Source of the DNA: Gemmatimonadota bacterium
GTDB taxonomy: Bacteria > Gemmatimonadota > Gemmatimonadetes > Gemmatimonadales > GWC2-71-9
Assembly (NCBI GenBank): GCA_050264615.1
Contig: JBLNGI010000116.1
Coordinates: forward strand, 1 to 42,002
Reading direction: 5' to 3'
DNA: 42,002 nt
Position 1 is the stretch's first letter, and each line of letters begins with the position of its first letter. The position numbers and the translations under genes are program-made. Shown here one piece after another: positions 9,188 to 18,963 of the stretch. The notes beneath the pieces are model-generated. The model was not told the DNA's origin. It worked only from the letters and a program-made list of their open reading frames with translations, and ran no database searches.

Positions 9188-10485
9188 CAGCTACCGAGCA
9201 TTCCCCCGGCCTGCGTCGCGTCATCGGCGTGCGTGGCCTCGCCGCCGCCGTCTTCAACATCACGATCGGCGCGGCGATCTTCGTGCTCCCTGCGCACGTC
9301 GCTGGTAATCTCGGTGCCGCGGCTCCGCTTGCCTACCTCGTGTGCGCCGTGGCGACGGCGCTCATCGCGCTCTGCATGGCAGAGGCCGGCAGCCGCGTCC
9401 CACAGAGCGGCGGCCCATATGCGTACGTCGGCGCGGCGGTCGGCCCCTACGCCGGATACCTGTGCGGCGTGCTGCTCTGGCTCGGTATCACGATTGCGAT
9501 GGGCGCCGTCGCCACGGTGTTCGCCGACGCGCTCGGGGGTTTGCTACCGGTCCTTGGCGGCCCGCTGGCTCGCGCCGTGCTCCTCATCGCAGCCTACGGC
9601 GGCCTGGCTTTCGTCAACATCCGCGGTGCCGCGTTGGGATCACGCGTGAGCGGCGTCGCTACGGTCGCGAAGATCGTCCCGCTCATCGCGTTCGTGGTGC
9701 TCGGCCTCTCGCACGTGCGGGCGGAGAATCTCGCCTTGGGAGCGTTCCCCCCGCTCGCGCCCCTGGGACGATCCGCGCTGTTGTTGATGTTTGCCTTCTT
9801 CGGGATGGAGTCCGCGCTGCAGGTGAGTGGTGAAGTGCGCGATGGGGCGCGCGCCGTGCCGCGGGCGATCGCCCTCGCGGTGACCGGCGTGGGGGTGCTG
9901 TACATCGCCGTTCAGCTCGTGGCGCAGGGCATCCTGGGCAGCGCGCTCGCGGCGCCCGAGACGGCCAAGGCCCCGCTCGCCGCGGCGGCTGTGCAATTCG
10001 CCGGATCGACCGGCTCCTCGCTGATTCTCATCGCGATGATCGTCTCGACCTTCGGCTTCATGACCGCCACTATGCTTTCCACTCCGCGGACGCTGTACGC
10101 ACTCGCGGTGGACGGCTACCTGCCGCGGCCGCTCGCGGCAGTACACCGCCATCACCACACGCCGCACGTCGCGATCGCGGCCCAGGGCGTGATCGTGTGC
10201 GCCATTGCCCTCACCGGCACCTACGTCAAACTGGCGATCATGGCGAACGTGCCGATCCTGCTCGTCTATTTCGGGTGCTGCCTCGCGGTCTGGCGGCTGC
10301 GGCGGCTCGACAGGGGCGCCGCCGAGCGGCCGTTCGTGATGCCTGGCGGGCGCGTGGTCCCGTGGCTGGGGGCGGGCTTGATCGTGGCATTGTTGGCGAC
10401 GGCCACGTGGCAGGCGTGGCTGGTGACGGGAGGAGTGATGGGCGCAGCTTCGCTCGCGTTCCTGGGGCGGCGACGCCTGGGCTGA
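9184..10485 (+). CDS. APC family amino acid permease
   Basis: [62 protein letters not shown] motifs; many TM helices. GTG 9184 is favoured over ATG 9160. Confidence 0.93.
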   Translation: MTATEHSPGLRRVIGVRGLAAAVFNITIGAAIFVLPAHVAGNLGAAAPLAYLVCAVATALIALCMAEAGSRVPQSGGPYAYVGAAVGPYAGYLCGVLLWLGITIAMGAVATVFADALGGLLPVLGGPLARAVLLIAAYGGLAFVNIRGAALGSRVSGVATVAKIVPLIAFVVLGLSHVRAENLALGAFPPLAPLGRSALLLMFAFFGMESALQVSGEVRDGARAVPRAIALAVTGVGVLYIAVQLVAQGILGSALAAPETAKAPLAAAAVQFAGSTGSSLILIAMIVSTFGFMTATMLSTPRTLYALAVDGYLPRPLAAVHRHHHTPHVAIAAQGVIVCAIALTGTYVKLAIMANVPILLVYFGCCLAVWRLRRLDRGAAERPFVMPGGRVVPWLGAGLIVALLATATWQAWLVTGGVMGAASLAFLGRRRLG

Positions 10486-10544
10486 CGCCTGCAACCCTGG
10501 GAGCGACCTACCCATCCAACTCCGTAAATCCATCCGGGGCCCCC

Positions 10545-11573
10545 ATGCGGTTCACCGTCCTATTCCTGATCGGTTCCCTTGCAGCTCCCACGCTCTCGGC
10601 TCAGCGCGCGGTCCCCTCTGACGGGCAATGGCTGATCGAACCGGCTGATCAGTCGGGCAGAGTCCAGCTTACCATCCGATACGGCGATGACCGGCATTCG
10701 AGTAACTGGGGCCGGGAGGTCGCGTTGAGCGAGTTTGTAGGCCTCTCCGCCGCTGACATGCGTGGCTCCGGGGCGCCCGTGCATTTCAAGATCGTCAGAT
10801 CCGCCGGCACGCTCACCTGTGAGGGCTGGTTCGAGGGCGGCAAGGGCTCAGGCCATTTCACCTATCAACCCAATCCCGATTTCGCCGCTGAGCTGGCGAA
10901 ACGCGGCATCGGCGCGCCGACGGCCTGGGAACAGTTCCAAATGACCATGGCGGGCGTAGGACTGGAGCTCGTGGACGAGCTGCAGCGGCAGGGGTACGAG
11001 CGCCCGACCTCCGGGGAGCTCGCGCGCATGGCGACGCACGGCGTCGATCTCGAGTACGTCCGAGACATCGGAGCGCGCGGATACCACCTGAAAGAGCCGG
11101 AGAGCCTGGTCCGGATGCGCGACCACGGTGTGGATCCGGAATTCATCGAGTCATTAGCCGCCCGAGGCTACAAGAACTTGAGTGCGGAAGAGCTCGTGCG
11201 GCTGCGGGATCATGGTGTCAACCCGGAGTTCATTGCGTCCCTGGACAGCGCGGGCTACAAGAACCTGGATATCGAGGACCTCGTGCGCTTACGGGATCAC
11301 GGTGTTAGCGAAGACTACATCGCGGATATGAAGGAGGCGGGCTACGCGCCTGCCGACCCCGAGGAGCTGGTGGCGGCGCGCGACCACGGCGTCGATCCGT
11401 CCTACATCCGCTCGCTCAAGGAGGCGGGGTACGATCGGCTGTCCCTGGCCGAGCTACGCCGGGCCCGCGACCACGGCGTGACCAGACAGTTTATTCAGCG
11501 CGTGAAGGCGCGTGGATATGGCACGCCTTCGTTGGATGAGGTGATCCGACTGCGCGATCGGGGTCTCGAGTAA
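10545..11573 (+). CDS. Secreted hypothetical protein with ~29-aa L.R.RDHGV tandem repeats
   Basis: Signal peptide MRFTVLFLIGSLAAPTLSA; six clear repeats of the form LVR.RDHGV...(F/Y)I..L...GY plus partial ones. Confidence 0.85.
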   Translation: MRFTVLFLIGSLAAPTLSAQRAVPSDGQWLIEPADQSGRVQLTIRYGDDRHSSNWGREVALSEFVGLSAADMRGSGAPVHFKIVRSAGTLTCEGWFEGGKGSGHFTYQPNPDFAAELAKRGIGAPTAWEQFQMTMAGVGLELVDELQRQGYERPTSGELARMATHGVDLEYVRDIGARGYHLKEPESLVRMRDHGVDPEFIESLAARGYKNLSAEELVRLRDHGVNPEFIASLDSAGYKNLDIEDLVRLRDHGVSEDYIADMKEAGYAPADPEELVAARDHGVDPSYIRSLKEAGYDRLSLAELRRARDHGVTRQFIQRVKARGYGTPSLDEVIRLRDRGLE

Positions 11574-11590
11574 CTGGGGTTCGTGCGCCG

Positions 11591-13342
11591 TCATTTCATG
11601 ACGACGCTCAGCAACCCCTGCTTGAGGACGTTCCAGAACCAGGACGGTAGCGATTCACCCCTGAACGTGTAGTTCACCTGTCCGACGCGCGGTGGGAGAT
11701 CGGGCTCTTCGGGGTTGCTCTGGCGCACTTTCATACCCTGCGCCGCCTCCGCCGTCGCTCGGAGCAACCCGCCGATCGGATTGCGCCCGCCGAGAATGCC
11801 CCCGGCACCCGTACCCGTGATGTCCGCCGCGAGGTCCGTGTACCGGGGCACCACTACACCACGCGCGACGTCGTTACGCACCGTGTATTCGAAGACCACG
11901 CCGTCGATGCGGCCGTTCTTGACCCGCGCGGGGCTGACGTGCTCGAGGAGCGGATTGAGCGCCGCTGCATCCATCGACCCCAGCGACCCGCGGACCCACA
12001 TCGTCATCCGTGCGGCATCGAGCGGCGTTGTGATGGCCAACCGCAGGTCTCCTTGACTCATCAGTTTCCCGCGGATCTCCAGGGACACCGTGTCGGCGTC
12101 GCTGCGCCGGCCGGGTTCGTGCCGCACATGGAGGGCCAGCAGATGCACGTCGTCGATGGTCAGGCGTCCGGGACGGTCGTGGCCGGTTTTGAATTCCTCG
12201 TAGATGATCGTCGCGTTCGTGGCCTGGATGCTGTCCACCGCGACGCGATTCTCCAGCGCCGAGAACCAGCTCTGCGGCGTGCGGCGCGGCACGCGCGGGC
12301 CCGGCCGCCGTGGCTTGCGTTTGTCGGACAGGATCTCGAACCGAAGCGAGTCCAGCTCGATCGCGCGGGCCACCATCGCCCCCCCGCGGCTGTAGCCGCC
12401 TTGGTCCATCCCACGGATCGCGAGCCGCGCGGCCTTGACCCGGATGCGTTCGCGGCGGTAGGGGCTGAGGCGCTGGAAGTCGGCATCGCTGATCCGCGGC
12501 CCTTGTTCGAAGTCGTGGACGGTGATCGTCGAGTCGGTGAGATCGACCTCCAGCTTGCCGACGCGGACCATCTGCGCGGTGTCGGGGTGGAACTCGGTCG
12601 AATCCGCCTGCAACACCACGCCCTCGGCGAACAGCGGTCGCGCCCGGTACTGCGGCGCGGCAGGATCGATCACGACGCCGGTGACCCGAAGCTGGGCGCG
12701 GGCCAGGTCGAAGCGCTTGCGGTCGCCCGACGGCTTCCGCGCGACGATCCCGATCGCAACCGCAGGGAACACGATGCGGCCGATGCGGATCGTCGGCACG
12801 CGACGCGGCAGGTGGAGGTCGCGTTGGAAGGTCATCACTGCGCCGTGCGGCGCTTCCACCGTGCGCTGCGACCCGGCCGGCGGCACCGGCTTGGGGCGTG
12901 GCGCGCGCGCGCGCGCCTCCTGGAACCGTGCCACGCTCGCGGAGTCGGGTGGCGCATCGGACTCCCACTGCACCTCGGCGCAGCCGATCTGCGAAGCCTG
13001 GAGGCCGCGGCCGAAGACCAGCCGCGGCAGGTGGACACCGGATATGACGCAGTTGCGCAGGACGCCATTGACTGTGGCCTTCGGCCAGGAGCGCAGCGCG
13101 TTTCGCGCCGAATCGGTCAGCACCAGTGCGGAGTCGAGCGTGACGCGCCGCCGTGGCCAGTTAAAGTGCAGGCGACCGATTTGCAGGGCGTACACACTGT
13201 CGGATTGACTGGCGACTTCGCCGGTGGCCCAGTCGCGCAGCAACTCGTTGACGAGCGGCGACGCGCGGAGGCTGATGAGATAGACGCCAAGCAGCGCTAC
13301 ACCGACCAGCGCCAGCAGGCCGATCGCGATGCGCTTGATCAC
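11591..13342 (-). CDS. Hypothetical AsmA/DUF748-like envelope protein
   Basis: 583 aa, N-terminal membrane anchor, beta-rich alternating pattern, C-terminal amphipathic WFWNVLKQGLLSVV. GTGA overlap with the GDPD stop. Confidence 0.65.
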   Translation of the reverse strand: MIKRIAIGLLALVGVALLGVYLISLRASPLVNELLRDWATGEVASQSDSVYALQIGRLHFNWPRRRVTLDSALVLTDSARNALRSWPKATVNGVLRNCVISGVHLPRLVFGRGLQASQIGCAEVQWESDAPPDSASVARFQEARARAPRPKPVPPAGSQRTVEAPHGAVMTFQRDLHLPRRVPTIRIGRIVFPAVAIGIVARKPSGDRKRFDLARAQLRVTGVVIDPAAPQYRARPLFAEGVVLQADSTEFHPDTAQMVRVGKLEVDLTDSTITVHDFEQGPRISDADFQRLSPYRRERIRVKAARLAIRGMDQGGYSRGGAMVARAIELDSLRFEILSDKRKPRRPGPRVPRRTPQSWFSALENRVAVDSIQATNATIIYEEFKTGHDRPGRLTIDDVHLLALHVRHEPGRRSDADTVSLEIRGKLMSQGDLRLAITTPLDAARMTMWVRGSLGSMDAAALNPLLEHVSPARVKNGRIDGVVFEYTVRNDVARGVVVPRYTDLAADITGTGAGGILGGRNPIGGLLRATAEAAQGMKVRQSNPEEPDLPPRVGQVNYTFRGESLPSWFWNVLKQGLLSVVMK

Positions 13343-15216
13343 GGCCGCAGCGCATCCTCCGTTTCCACGGCCTGTGCGGTGGCGCCGAAGCGAATGAGCA
13401 TCGCCACCAGCAACCGCTGTGGCTCGCTCATGCGGGCGCGAGCGGTGATGACGCGTCGCGCGACGTCGGGATGATCGGTAATGAGGCCGTCGACGCCGCG
13501 CGTGAGGCCCACGAGCATCCAGGCTGCGTCGTTCACCGTCCAGATGTAGACGTCCTGACCGGCGCGATGGGCGCGGCGAATGAACCGACGGGACGCCATA
13601 CTCGCTTCGACGGCCAGGAAATCACCGTTCAACTCCGTCAGATCCCCCATGCCCTTCGCCACCAAAAACCCCACGCGCCATGACGGACGCAGCTGCTTGA
13701 GCTTACGCGCCATATCGTGATCCATCGACATGAACTCGCATTCGTTTACCATGCCGGCCGCTTCGACGATCTGCACGACCCGCTCTTCGAGCTGCTGGTT
13801 GTGGCCGTATGATTTAAGCTCGACCAGGACCTTGCAGCGCCCCTTGCACGCGGCGAGCGCCTCGGCGAGCGTCGGCACCCGTTCGGCGCCATAGCGCGGG
13901 TCCCTGTAGGTGCCGATGTCGATTGCGCGGAGCGTCGCGGCGTCGGTGTTCCAAATGTGCGCGGGATTGCCGGAGACCTTCATCAGGTCGGCGTCATGCG
14001 CGACGAGCACCTGGCCGTCGGACGATTCCTGCACGTCTAGCTCGACCAGGTCGGTGCGCTGCTCAGCCGCGAGACGAAACGCCGCCAGGGTATTCTCCGG
14101 CGCGACGGCCGATGCTCCGCGATGGGCGATGATCACGACCGGCGCCTGATTGCGCGTGGCGAGGAATGCCAGCGCAGCGACGCCCCCCATCCCGAGCACG
14201 ATGAGTGACAGGATGCCAATGCCTGATGGCCCGGTCAGCCGGATCCCCCACACCTCGCCCCCGTACTGAGCCAGCGACGCCGGCGTGCGTTGGGCAAGGC
14301 GCTGGTACAACCGTGTGAGGACCAGCGCAAACAGCGAAAAGTTCGCGACGTTGACTGCCAGCAGGAGCGCCGAGGCCACGAGGACCCACAAGCTCAGGAA
14401 CAGCAACAACAGCGAGAGCGAACCGGCTACAGCCGGGGCGACCCAGAAACCGATGGACCGCATCAACCACGTCAACGTGCTCGTCAAGACGAACGCCGAG
14501 ACCGCCCACATGGCGAGCGACGCGAGAATGAGCCCATAGGAACCGGCGGCGCGCCTGGCACTCTCGCCCAGCGCGAGTCGCGGGTGGACCTGCTCGAACA
14601 CGACCAGCGGCCAGGCAAATGCCCAGCGAGCAATGGTTCGGGCCAGTAAGAGCGCGAACCCGACACCGATCAGCCCAATCAGGGACGCGGCGATCCAGAA
14701 CTCCGGGGGGTGTTCCGCGAGGTAGTAGTTGATGTCGTGTGCGCGCAGCAGCAGCACGTACACGACGCCCGCCGCGAGCGCGAATGGCAGCACGCCGAGT
14801 ATGACACGTAACACCATGTGACCGGAAAGACGCAGGACATTCAGCGCGTTGGCCGCGCCGAACCGCAATGCGCCGCGCCCGTTGAGGCTGACTCCCTGCG
14901 ACCGACCAACGGCCACCGCCATCAAACACGAAGCCTCAACGGCCGTGATCGCGACGATCAATGACCCGCCCAGGATCAGGGTCACCAGCCCCGAGGGGGT
15001 GGTGAGGAAAAACATCGCGATGTCTGTATCCGCCACGACCCGCTGGGACGTCCCGGCTCGCAGCCAATACAGGACCAACGTCGTCGCCGGCATGAGCAAG
15101 GCGAAGGCGATCGCCTTGTATGCCAGATCGGTGATCGCGAGAACTTTCCAAGATTGACGCAAATCGCCGAGCGCGCTCAAAACCAGGTCGCGGGCTGCAC
15201 GGAGGGCAAGGAGCAT
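13339..15216 (-). CDS. Glycerophosphodiester phosphodiesterase with N-terminal membrane domain
   Basis: IIAHRGAS..APENTLAAF, ELDVQ..DG...V.HD, VPTL.E, ELK, WTVND and GVDGLITDHP motifs after a multi-TM domain. The ORF-track start lies inside the tRNA, so ATG 15216 is used. Confidence 0.92.
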   Translation of the reverse strand: MLLALRAARDLVLSALGDLRQSWKVLAITDLAYKAIAFALLMPATTLVLYWLRAGTSQRVVADTDIAMFFLTTPSGLVTLILGGSLIVAITAVEASCLMAVAVGRSQGVSLNGRGALRFGAANALNVLRLSGHMVLRVILGVLPFALAAGVVYVLLLRAHDINYYLAEHPPEFWIAASLIGLIGVGFALLLARTIARWAFAWPLVVFEQVHPRLALGESARRAAGSYGLILASLAMWAVSAFVLTSTLTWLMRSIGFWVAPAVAGSLSLLLLFLSLWVLVASALLLAVNVANFSLFALVLTRLYQRLAQRTPASLAQYGGEVWGIRLTGPSGIGILSLIVLGMGGVAALAFLATRNQAPVVIIAHRGASAVAPENTLAAFRLAAEQRTDLVELDVQESSDGQVLVAHDADLMKVSGNPAHIWNTDAATLRAIDIGTYRDPRYGAERVPTLAEALAACKGRCKVLVELKSYGHNQQLEERVVQIVEAAGMVNECEFMSMDHDMARKLKQLRPSWRVGFLVAKGMGDLTELNGDFLAVEASMASRRFIRRAHRAGQDVYIWTVNDAAWMLVGLTRGVDGLITDHPDVARRVITARARMSEPQRLLVAMLIRFGATAQAVETEDALRP

Positions 15217-15279
15217 GAGGAAGACTGCGGGAGGCTGGCAACGGAGGCTCTTGGACTTTAGTGCACGCGAGTCTCGAAG

Positions 15280-15352
<73 letters not shown>

Positions 15353-15557
15353 GGATTATGCAGCAGAAGAACTTAGCGGGCTCGTGGGGACGATGGCAGT
15401 GGGAATGTTTGCCATTGGCTCCTCTGGCGGGGCACGAGGCGCGCAGCGTACTCGCAGTCCAGTGCGCGCCCAGCTGCAAAGGGCCTCTGCGAGGGTAGAT
15501 CCGTCTCTTCCGGTTCTGTCTGCCACCAGTTTCGCCACCAGCGGATCGACGCCACAC

Positions 15558-16487
15558 TCAGCCCTCGATCGAAGCACACATCACGTGAGCATGCCCCCCG
15601 GGCACCACCAACACGGACAACCCTCTCGACTCGATGCTCACCTCGAACTCGGCTCCCAATACGACTTCGCCGTCGATCTGCACGGGCCCGTCGGCCTTGA
15701 ACCGCGCGCGCCGCCAGCGGCGCCAGCGCGGGTCATCGTCCCGGCCGGGCCGCGCCGTCCGCAGGCCGTGGCGCAGCGTGCGCCAGTAGGCCGGGGCGGA
15801 GAGACACGCCACGGCCTCGGCCGCGCCGTCGGTCGCGTCAGCATCAGGCCACATGAGCCACCCGAAGCCATAGTACGGCAGGTTGTAGAGGCCGGCGTTG
15901 TACACCTGCTCCGCTGGCTCCAGGAGAGGCTCCCCGTCAAGCATTACGCCAATGCCGCTCCACGACCGCATCGCAACGCCGAGCAGGGCGGGTACGACAC
16001 CGAGCCACCGGCGCCACGCCGGCCGGCGCGGAACGGCGGCCAGCAGGCGCGACTCGAACCCGGCGCTGATGGATACCAGGGCCAAGGAAAGCTCGGGGTG
16101 TGTGGTGGTCATCACGTCGATCCGTCGCGGTGTGCCAGTCTCGAGGGCCTGCAAAGCCCCCGCGAGGGTCCCGAGTCCGAAGGCATGGCCGAACGCGTTG
16201 CCGGTGCCCAGCGGAAGTATGGCGAGCGGACGGTCGGCCTTTCCCGCCGCGCGAAGGGCTCGGGCGAGCAGGTTGACCGTGCCGTCGCCGCCCGCGGCGA
16301 CGGGGATCTCGTCGTACGCGAGACCCTCCACGATCTCACCAGCTTCCTCGAGCGAGCGGACGACGGCGGTCCGGGCGCGCGCGCGCAGCCGGGGCGCGGG
16401 AGCCAGCGCCGCGCGTAGGCGGGGGAGGACGCGCCCGCCACCCGCGCCCGGGGTCACGAGAAAGACGACGCGCCGCTCCGCGCTCAC
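15558..16487 (-). CDS. Diacylglycerol/sphingosine/ceramide kinase family protein (DAGK_cat)
   Basis: PGAGGG, AAGGDGTVN, ILPLGTGNAF, YYGFG and QIDGE motifs; GTGA overlap with the upstream stop. Confidence 0.88.
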   Translation of the reverse strand: MSAERRVVFLVTPGAGGGRVLPRLRAALAPAPRLRARARTAVVRSLEEAGEIVEGLAYDEIPVAAGGDGTVNLLARALRAAGKADRPLAILPLGTGNAFGHAFGLGTLAGALQALETGTPRRIDVMTTTHPELSLALVSISAGFESRLLAAVPRRPAWRRWLGVVPALLGVAMRSWSGIGVMLDGEPLLEPAEQVYNAGLYNLPYYGFGWLMWPDADATDGAAEAVACLSAPAYWRTLRHGLRTARPGRDDDPRWRRWRRARFKADGPVQIDGEVVLGAEFEVSIESRGLSVLVVPGGHAHVMCASIEG

Positions 16488-17728
16488 TCCCCCGCCGCAC
16501 CCGGACGGAAGGTGACCTTGATGGCACCGCTACCACGGCGGTGCACCAGAGCGGTGAACGCGGCCGCATAGGCGTCGAGCGGGAGGGTGTGCGTGATCAG
16601 CTCGCGCAACACCAACGCCCCGGCCTCCAGGCGCGGCACGAGCAGTGTGTACGGATGCACCCACTCCCCCTCCCACGGCACCGGTCCATACGCGTAGATC
16701 CCCCGCACGGAGATCTCCCGGTACCACAGCGGCGTGGGATCCACGCCGTCGAGGGTGGGCGGCGCGGCCACCATCACCACCATGCCGAGCGGGCGCACCG
16801 CCTGCAGCGCCTGCGTGAGGGAGGATCGCGTTCCGGCCGCGTCGATCACGCGGTCGTACATCCCGCGGAACACGTATCCGTAGCCGACGACGTGCACCGC
16901 GCGCATCCCGCGCGCGGCTGCCCACTCACGGAACGCAGAAGCTCCTCGCACCATGGTGACCGACACCCCGTGGCGCTCGGCCCAGGCGCGCTGCGACTCG
17001 TACCGGACGAGCAGCTCACACACGCCGGGACGCGCGAGGGCGCGGTGGAGGTACGCAATCAACAGCCCGATGGTGCCGCCACCGATGACGAGCGTGCGTT
17101 CCCGCTCGGGTGCCTCGCTGCGGAGCAGGGCGGCGAGCGCCGTCGCGGCGGGATCGAGAAGCACCGCGTCCTCGTCCGCGACACGCGGGGAGAGCGGCCA
17201 GAGCTGCGAGCGGTGAGCGAGGCAGGTGTGGGACCAGCCGCCGCCGGTCTCGGCATTGAAACCGATCCCGATTCCGCGGCCCGGCCACTCGTCCCCGCGC
17301 CGCTCGCACAGCCCCTCCCACCCCCCCCCGCATGGCCCGCACGGCTGGGCGACGCCCCGCGCCCGGCAGCCGAGCACGGACCAGACGGCGCAGCGCGTCC
17401 CTGGCTGGAGTGGCGAGTCCGCGACGGCGGGCGCCAGGCCCTCAGCCTCGACCGCGGCGACCAATTCGTGGCCCGGCACAAACGGATATGACGCCTCGGG
17501 CTCGAGGTACAGTGAGTCCCGTCCGGTCACCAGGCTCACGTCGGTGCCGCAGATCCCCGAAAGCCGAACGCGCAGCCCCACCCAGCCCGATCGCGTCGGG
17601 ATGGGTGGGGGACGACACACGCGATGGAGGGGCGCGAGTCGCGCGGACCAGAGCGGACGCGCCCACTGATGCGTCAGTCGCGTCGCCAGGTAGCGCGCCA
17701 CGTCGTGGCGGAACTCGAGCGCCTCCAC
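16484..17728 (-). CDS. Zinc-binding medium-chain dehydrogenase/reductase
   Basis: SGICGTD, PGHE, four-Cys structural Zn site (CRARGVAQPCGPC...C), GGGTIG Rossmann motif. GTG start lies 2 nt after the upstream stop; 414 aa. Confidence 0.9.
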   Translation of the reverse strand: MEALEFRHDVARYLATRLTHQWARPLWSARLAPLHRVCRPPPIPTRSGWVGLRVRLSGICGTDVSLVTGRDSLYLEPEASYPFVPGHELVAAVEAEGLAPAVADSPLQPGTRCAVWSVLGCRARGVAQPCGPCGGGWEGLCERRGDEWPGRGIGIGFNAETGGGWSHTCLAHRSQLWPLSPRVADEDAVLLDPAATALAALLRSEAPERERTLVIGGGTIGLLIAYLHRALARPGVCELLVRYESQRAWAERHGVSVTMVRGASAFREWAAARGMRAVHVVGYGYVFRGMYDRVIDAAGTRSSLTQALQAVRPLGMVVMVAAPPTLDGVDPTPLWYREISVRGIYAYGPVPWEGEWVHPYTLLVPRLEAGALVLRELITHTLPLDAYAAAFTALVHRRGSGAIKVTFRPGAAGE

Positions 17729-17730
17729 CG

Positions 17731-18858
17731 TCAGCCGGTGAGCCGCCGCTCGTACAGTCGGAACGTCTTGACGCACGGGCCGCCGCACGCAGCGATCACC
17801 GCCAGGACCTTCCGGTTGTCCGCCTGAACCAGCGAGAGCTCGGCGTGTGCGATCCCCAGCCGGCGGGCGGCGTCCACCATCGCGGCGGCGATCACGACGG
17901 CCACGCCCCGCGCGCGATGCTCGGGAAGCACGCCAAGTAGCATGAACCGCGCGCTGCGGATCCGATGGACACCGCGCATGAGGCGCAGCCAGCCGAAGGG
18001 CCACAGCCGCCCGTCCAGGGGCGCGAGCAGCTCGTTGATGTCGGGAAGGGAGAGCCCGAACCCCACTGCCCGCCCGCCGCGCTCCGCAAAGAGGACGAGC
18101 TCGGGGCGGTAGAACGCGCGAAAATCGTTGGCGCGTCCCCGATACTCGTCCCACGTGAGCGGGACGAACCCCCACAGCTCGGCAAACGACGCGTTGTACA
18201 GCTCGAACAGCAGCCGGTTCTCGGCATCCCACCGGCCTGGATCGGCCGGGCGCACGCTCACACCATCCCGCGCCGACAGGCGCTGCAGGCGCGCCACGAC
18301 CGGCGCCAAACTCATGTCCGGCGTCCACGTGTGGGCATGGTAGTCGAGCCGGCGGGCATACCCGGCGGCCTCCACGAGGCGGGGATAGTACGGTGCGTTG
18401 TAGGGGGACAGTACCATCGGCCGCGAGTTGAACCCCTCCACCAAGAGGCCGACCTCGTCGTTCGTCGTCAGGTTGATCGGTCCCAGCACGTGTCGGACCC
18501 CCTGGGAACCCAGGTCCGCTTCGGCCGCTGCGAGGAGGGCTACGGCGGCCGCCGCGTCGTCGACGCACTCGAAGAACCCGAAGAACCCTGCCTCGCGCCC
18601 CCACCGCGCCGCGAAGGCCGGATCCACCACGCTGGCGACGCGCCCCACATCGCGGCCATCCCGCCGCGCGAGGAACCGCCGTACGCGGCGAGCACGCAGC
18701 GAGGCATTGTGCCGGGGCGACCAGCGCCGCCGCTCGATGCTGCGGAGCGGCGCCACCCAGTACGGGTCGCCCTCATAGAGCGCGTAGGGCAGCGCCCAGA
18801 ACGCGCGCTGCTCGGCACGCGACGCAACCGGGACGATCTCGATCGTTTCCCGCTGCAT
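17731..18858 (-). CDS. GNAT-fold acyltransferase, bacterial ceramide synthase (bCerS)/YghO-like
   Basis: F..LP..LY..DPYWV.PL, VGRVA, GFFGFFEC.DD, GP.N.TTNDEVGLLVEGF..PM...YN.PYY..L.E.AGY, WGFVP.T, PDIN and G.LWPFGW match my recollection of this family. Confidence 0.8.
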   Translation of the reverse strand: MQRETIEIVPVASRAEQRAFWALPYALYEGDPYWVAPLRSIERRRWSPRHNASLRARRVRRFLARRDGRDVGRVASVVDPAFAARWGREAGFFGFFECVDDAAAAVALLAAAEADLGSQGVRHVLGPINLTTNDEVGLLVEGFNSRPMVLSPYNAPYYPRLVEAAGYARRLDYHAHTWTPDMSLAPVVARLQRLSARDGVSVRPADPGRWDAENRLLFELYNASFAELWGFVPLTWDEYRGRANDFRAFYRPELVLFAERGGRAVGFGLSLPDINELLAPLDGRLWPFGWLRLMRGVHRIRSARFMLLGVLPEHRARGVAVVIAAAMVDAARRLGIAHAELSLVQADNRKVLAVIAACGGPCVKTFRLYERRLTG

Positions 18859-18866
18859 ATGACACC

Positions 18867-18945
18867 ACGATGCTCGCTCGGCCGCGACGCGTCAAACGTC
18901 CGGCTTGACGATCTCTTGACACGTCGAAGGGAAACTGTCTATTGA
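18867..18945. promoter_or_regulatory. Back-to-back promoters of the island cluster
   Basis: Minus strand TTGACG (18895-18890)-N17-CATCGT. Plus strand TTGACA (18916-18921)-N18-TATTGA. Inverted repeat CGTCAA-N9-TTGACG at 18890-18910. Confidence 0.45.
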
Positions 18946-18963
18946 CCAAATGCGGGGGCGCTC

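Noticed and set aside
15353-15557. Integrase remnant at the island left end
   Set aside because: I could not find tyrosine or serine recombinase motifs in the translations covering this stretch; a translated HMM search would be needed to exclude a very decayed remnant.
16484-18604. Apparent 706-aa dehydrogenase with a long N-terminal extension
   Set aside because: The extension overlaps the bCerS-like gene in another frame; the real start is GTG 17728. The same applies to the ORF-track extensions at 6177, 10197, 21910, 24458 and 32903.
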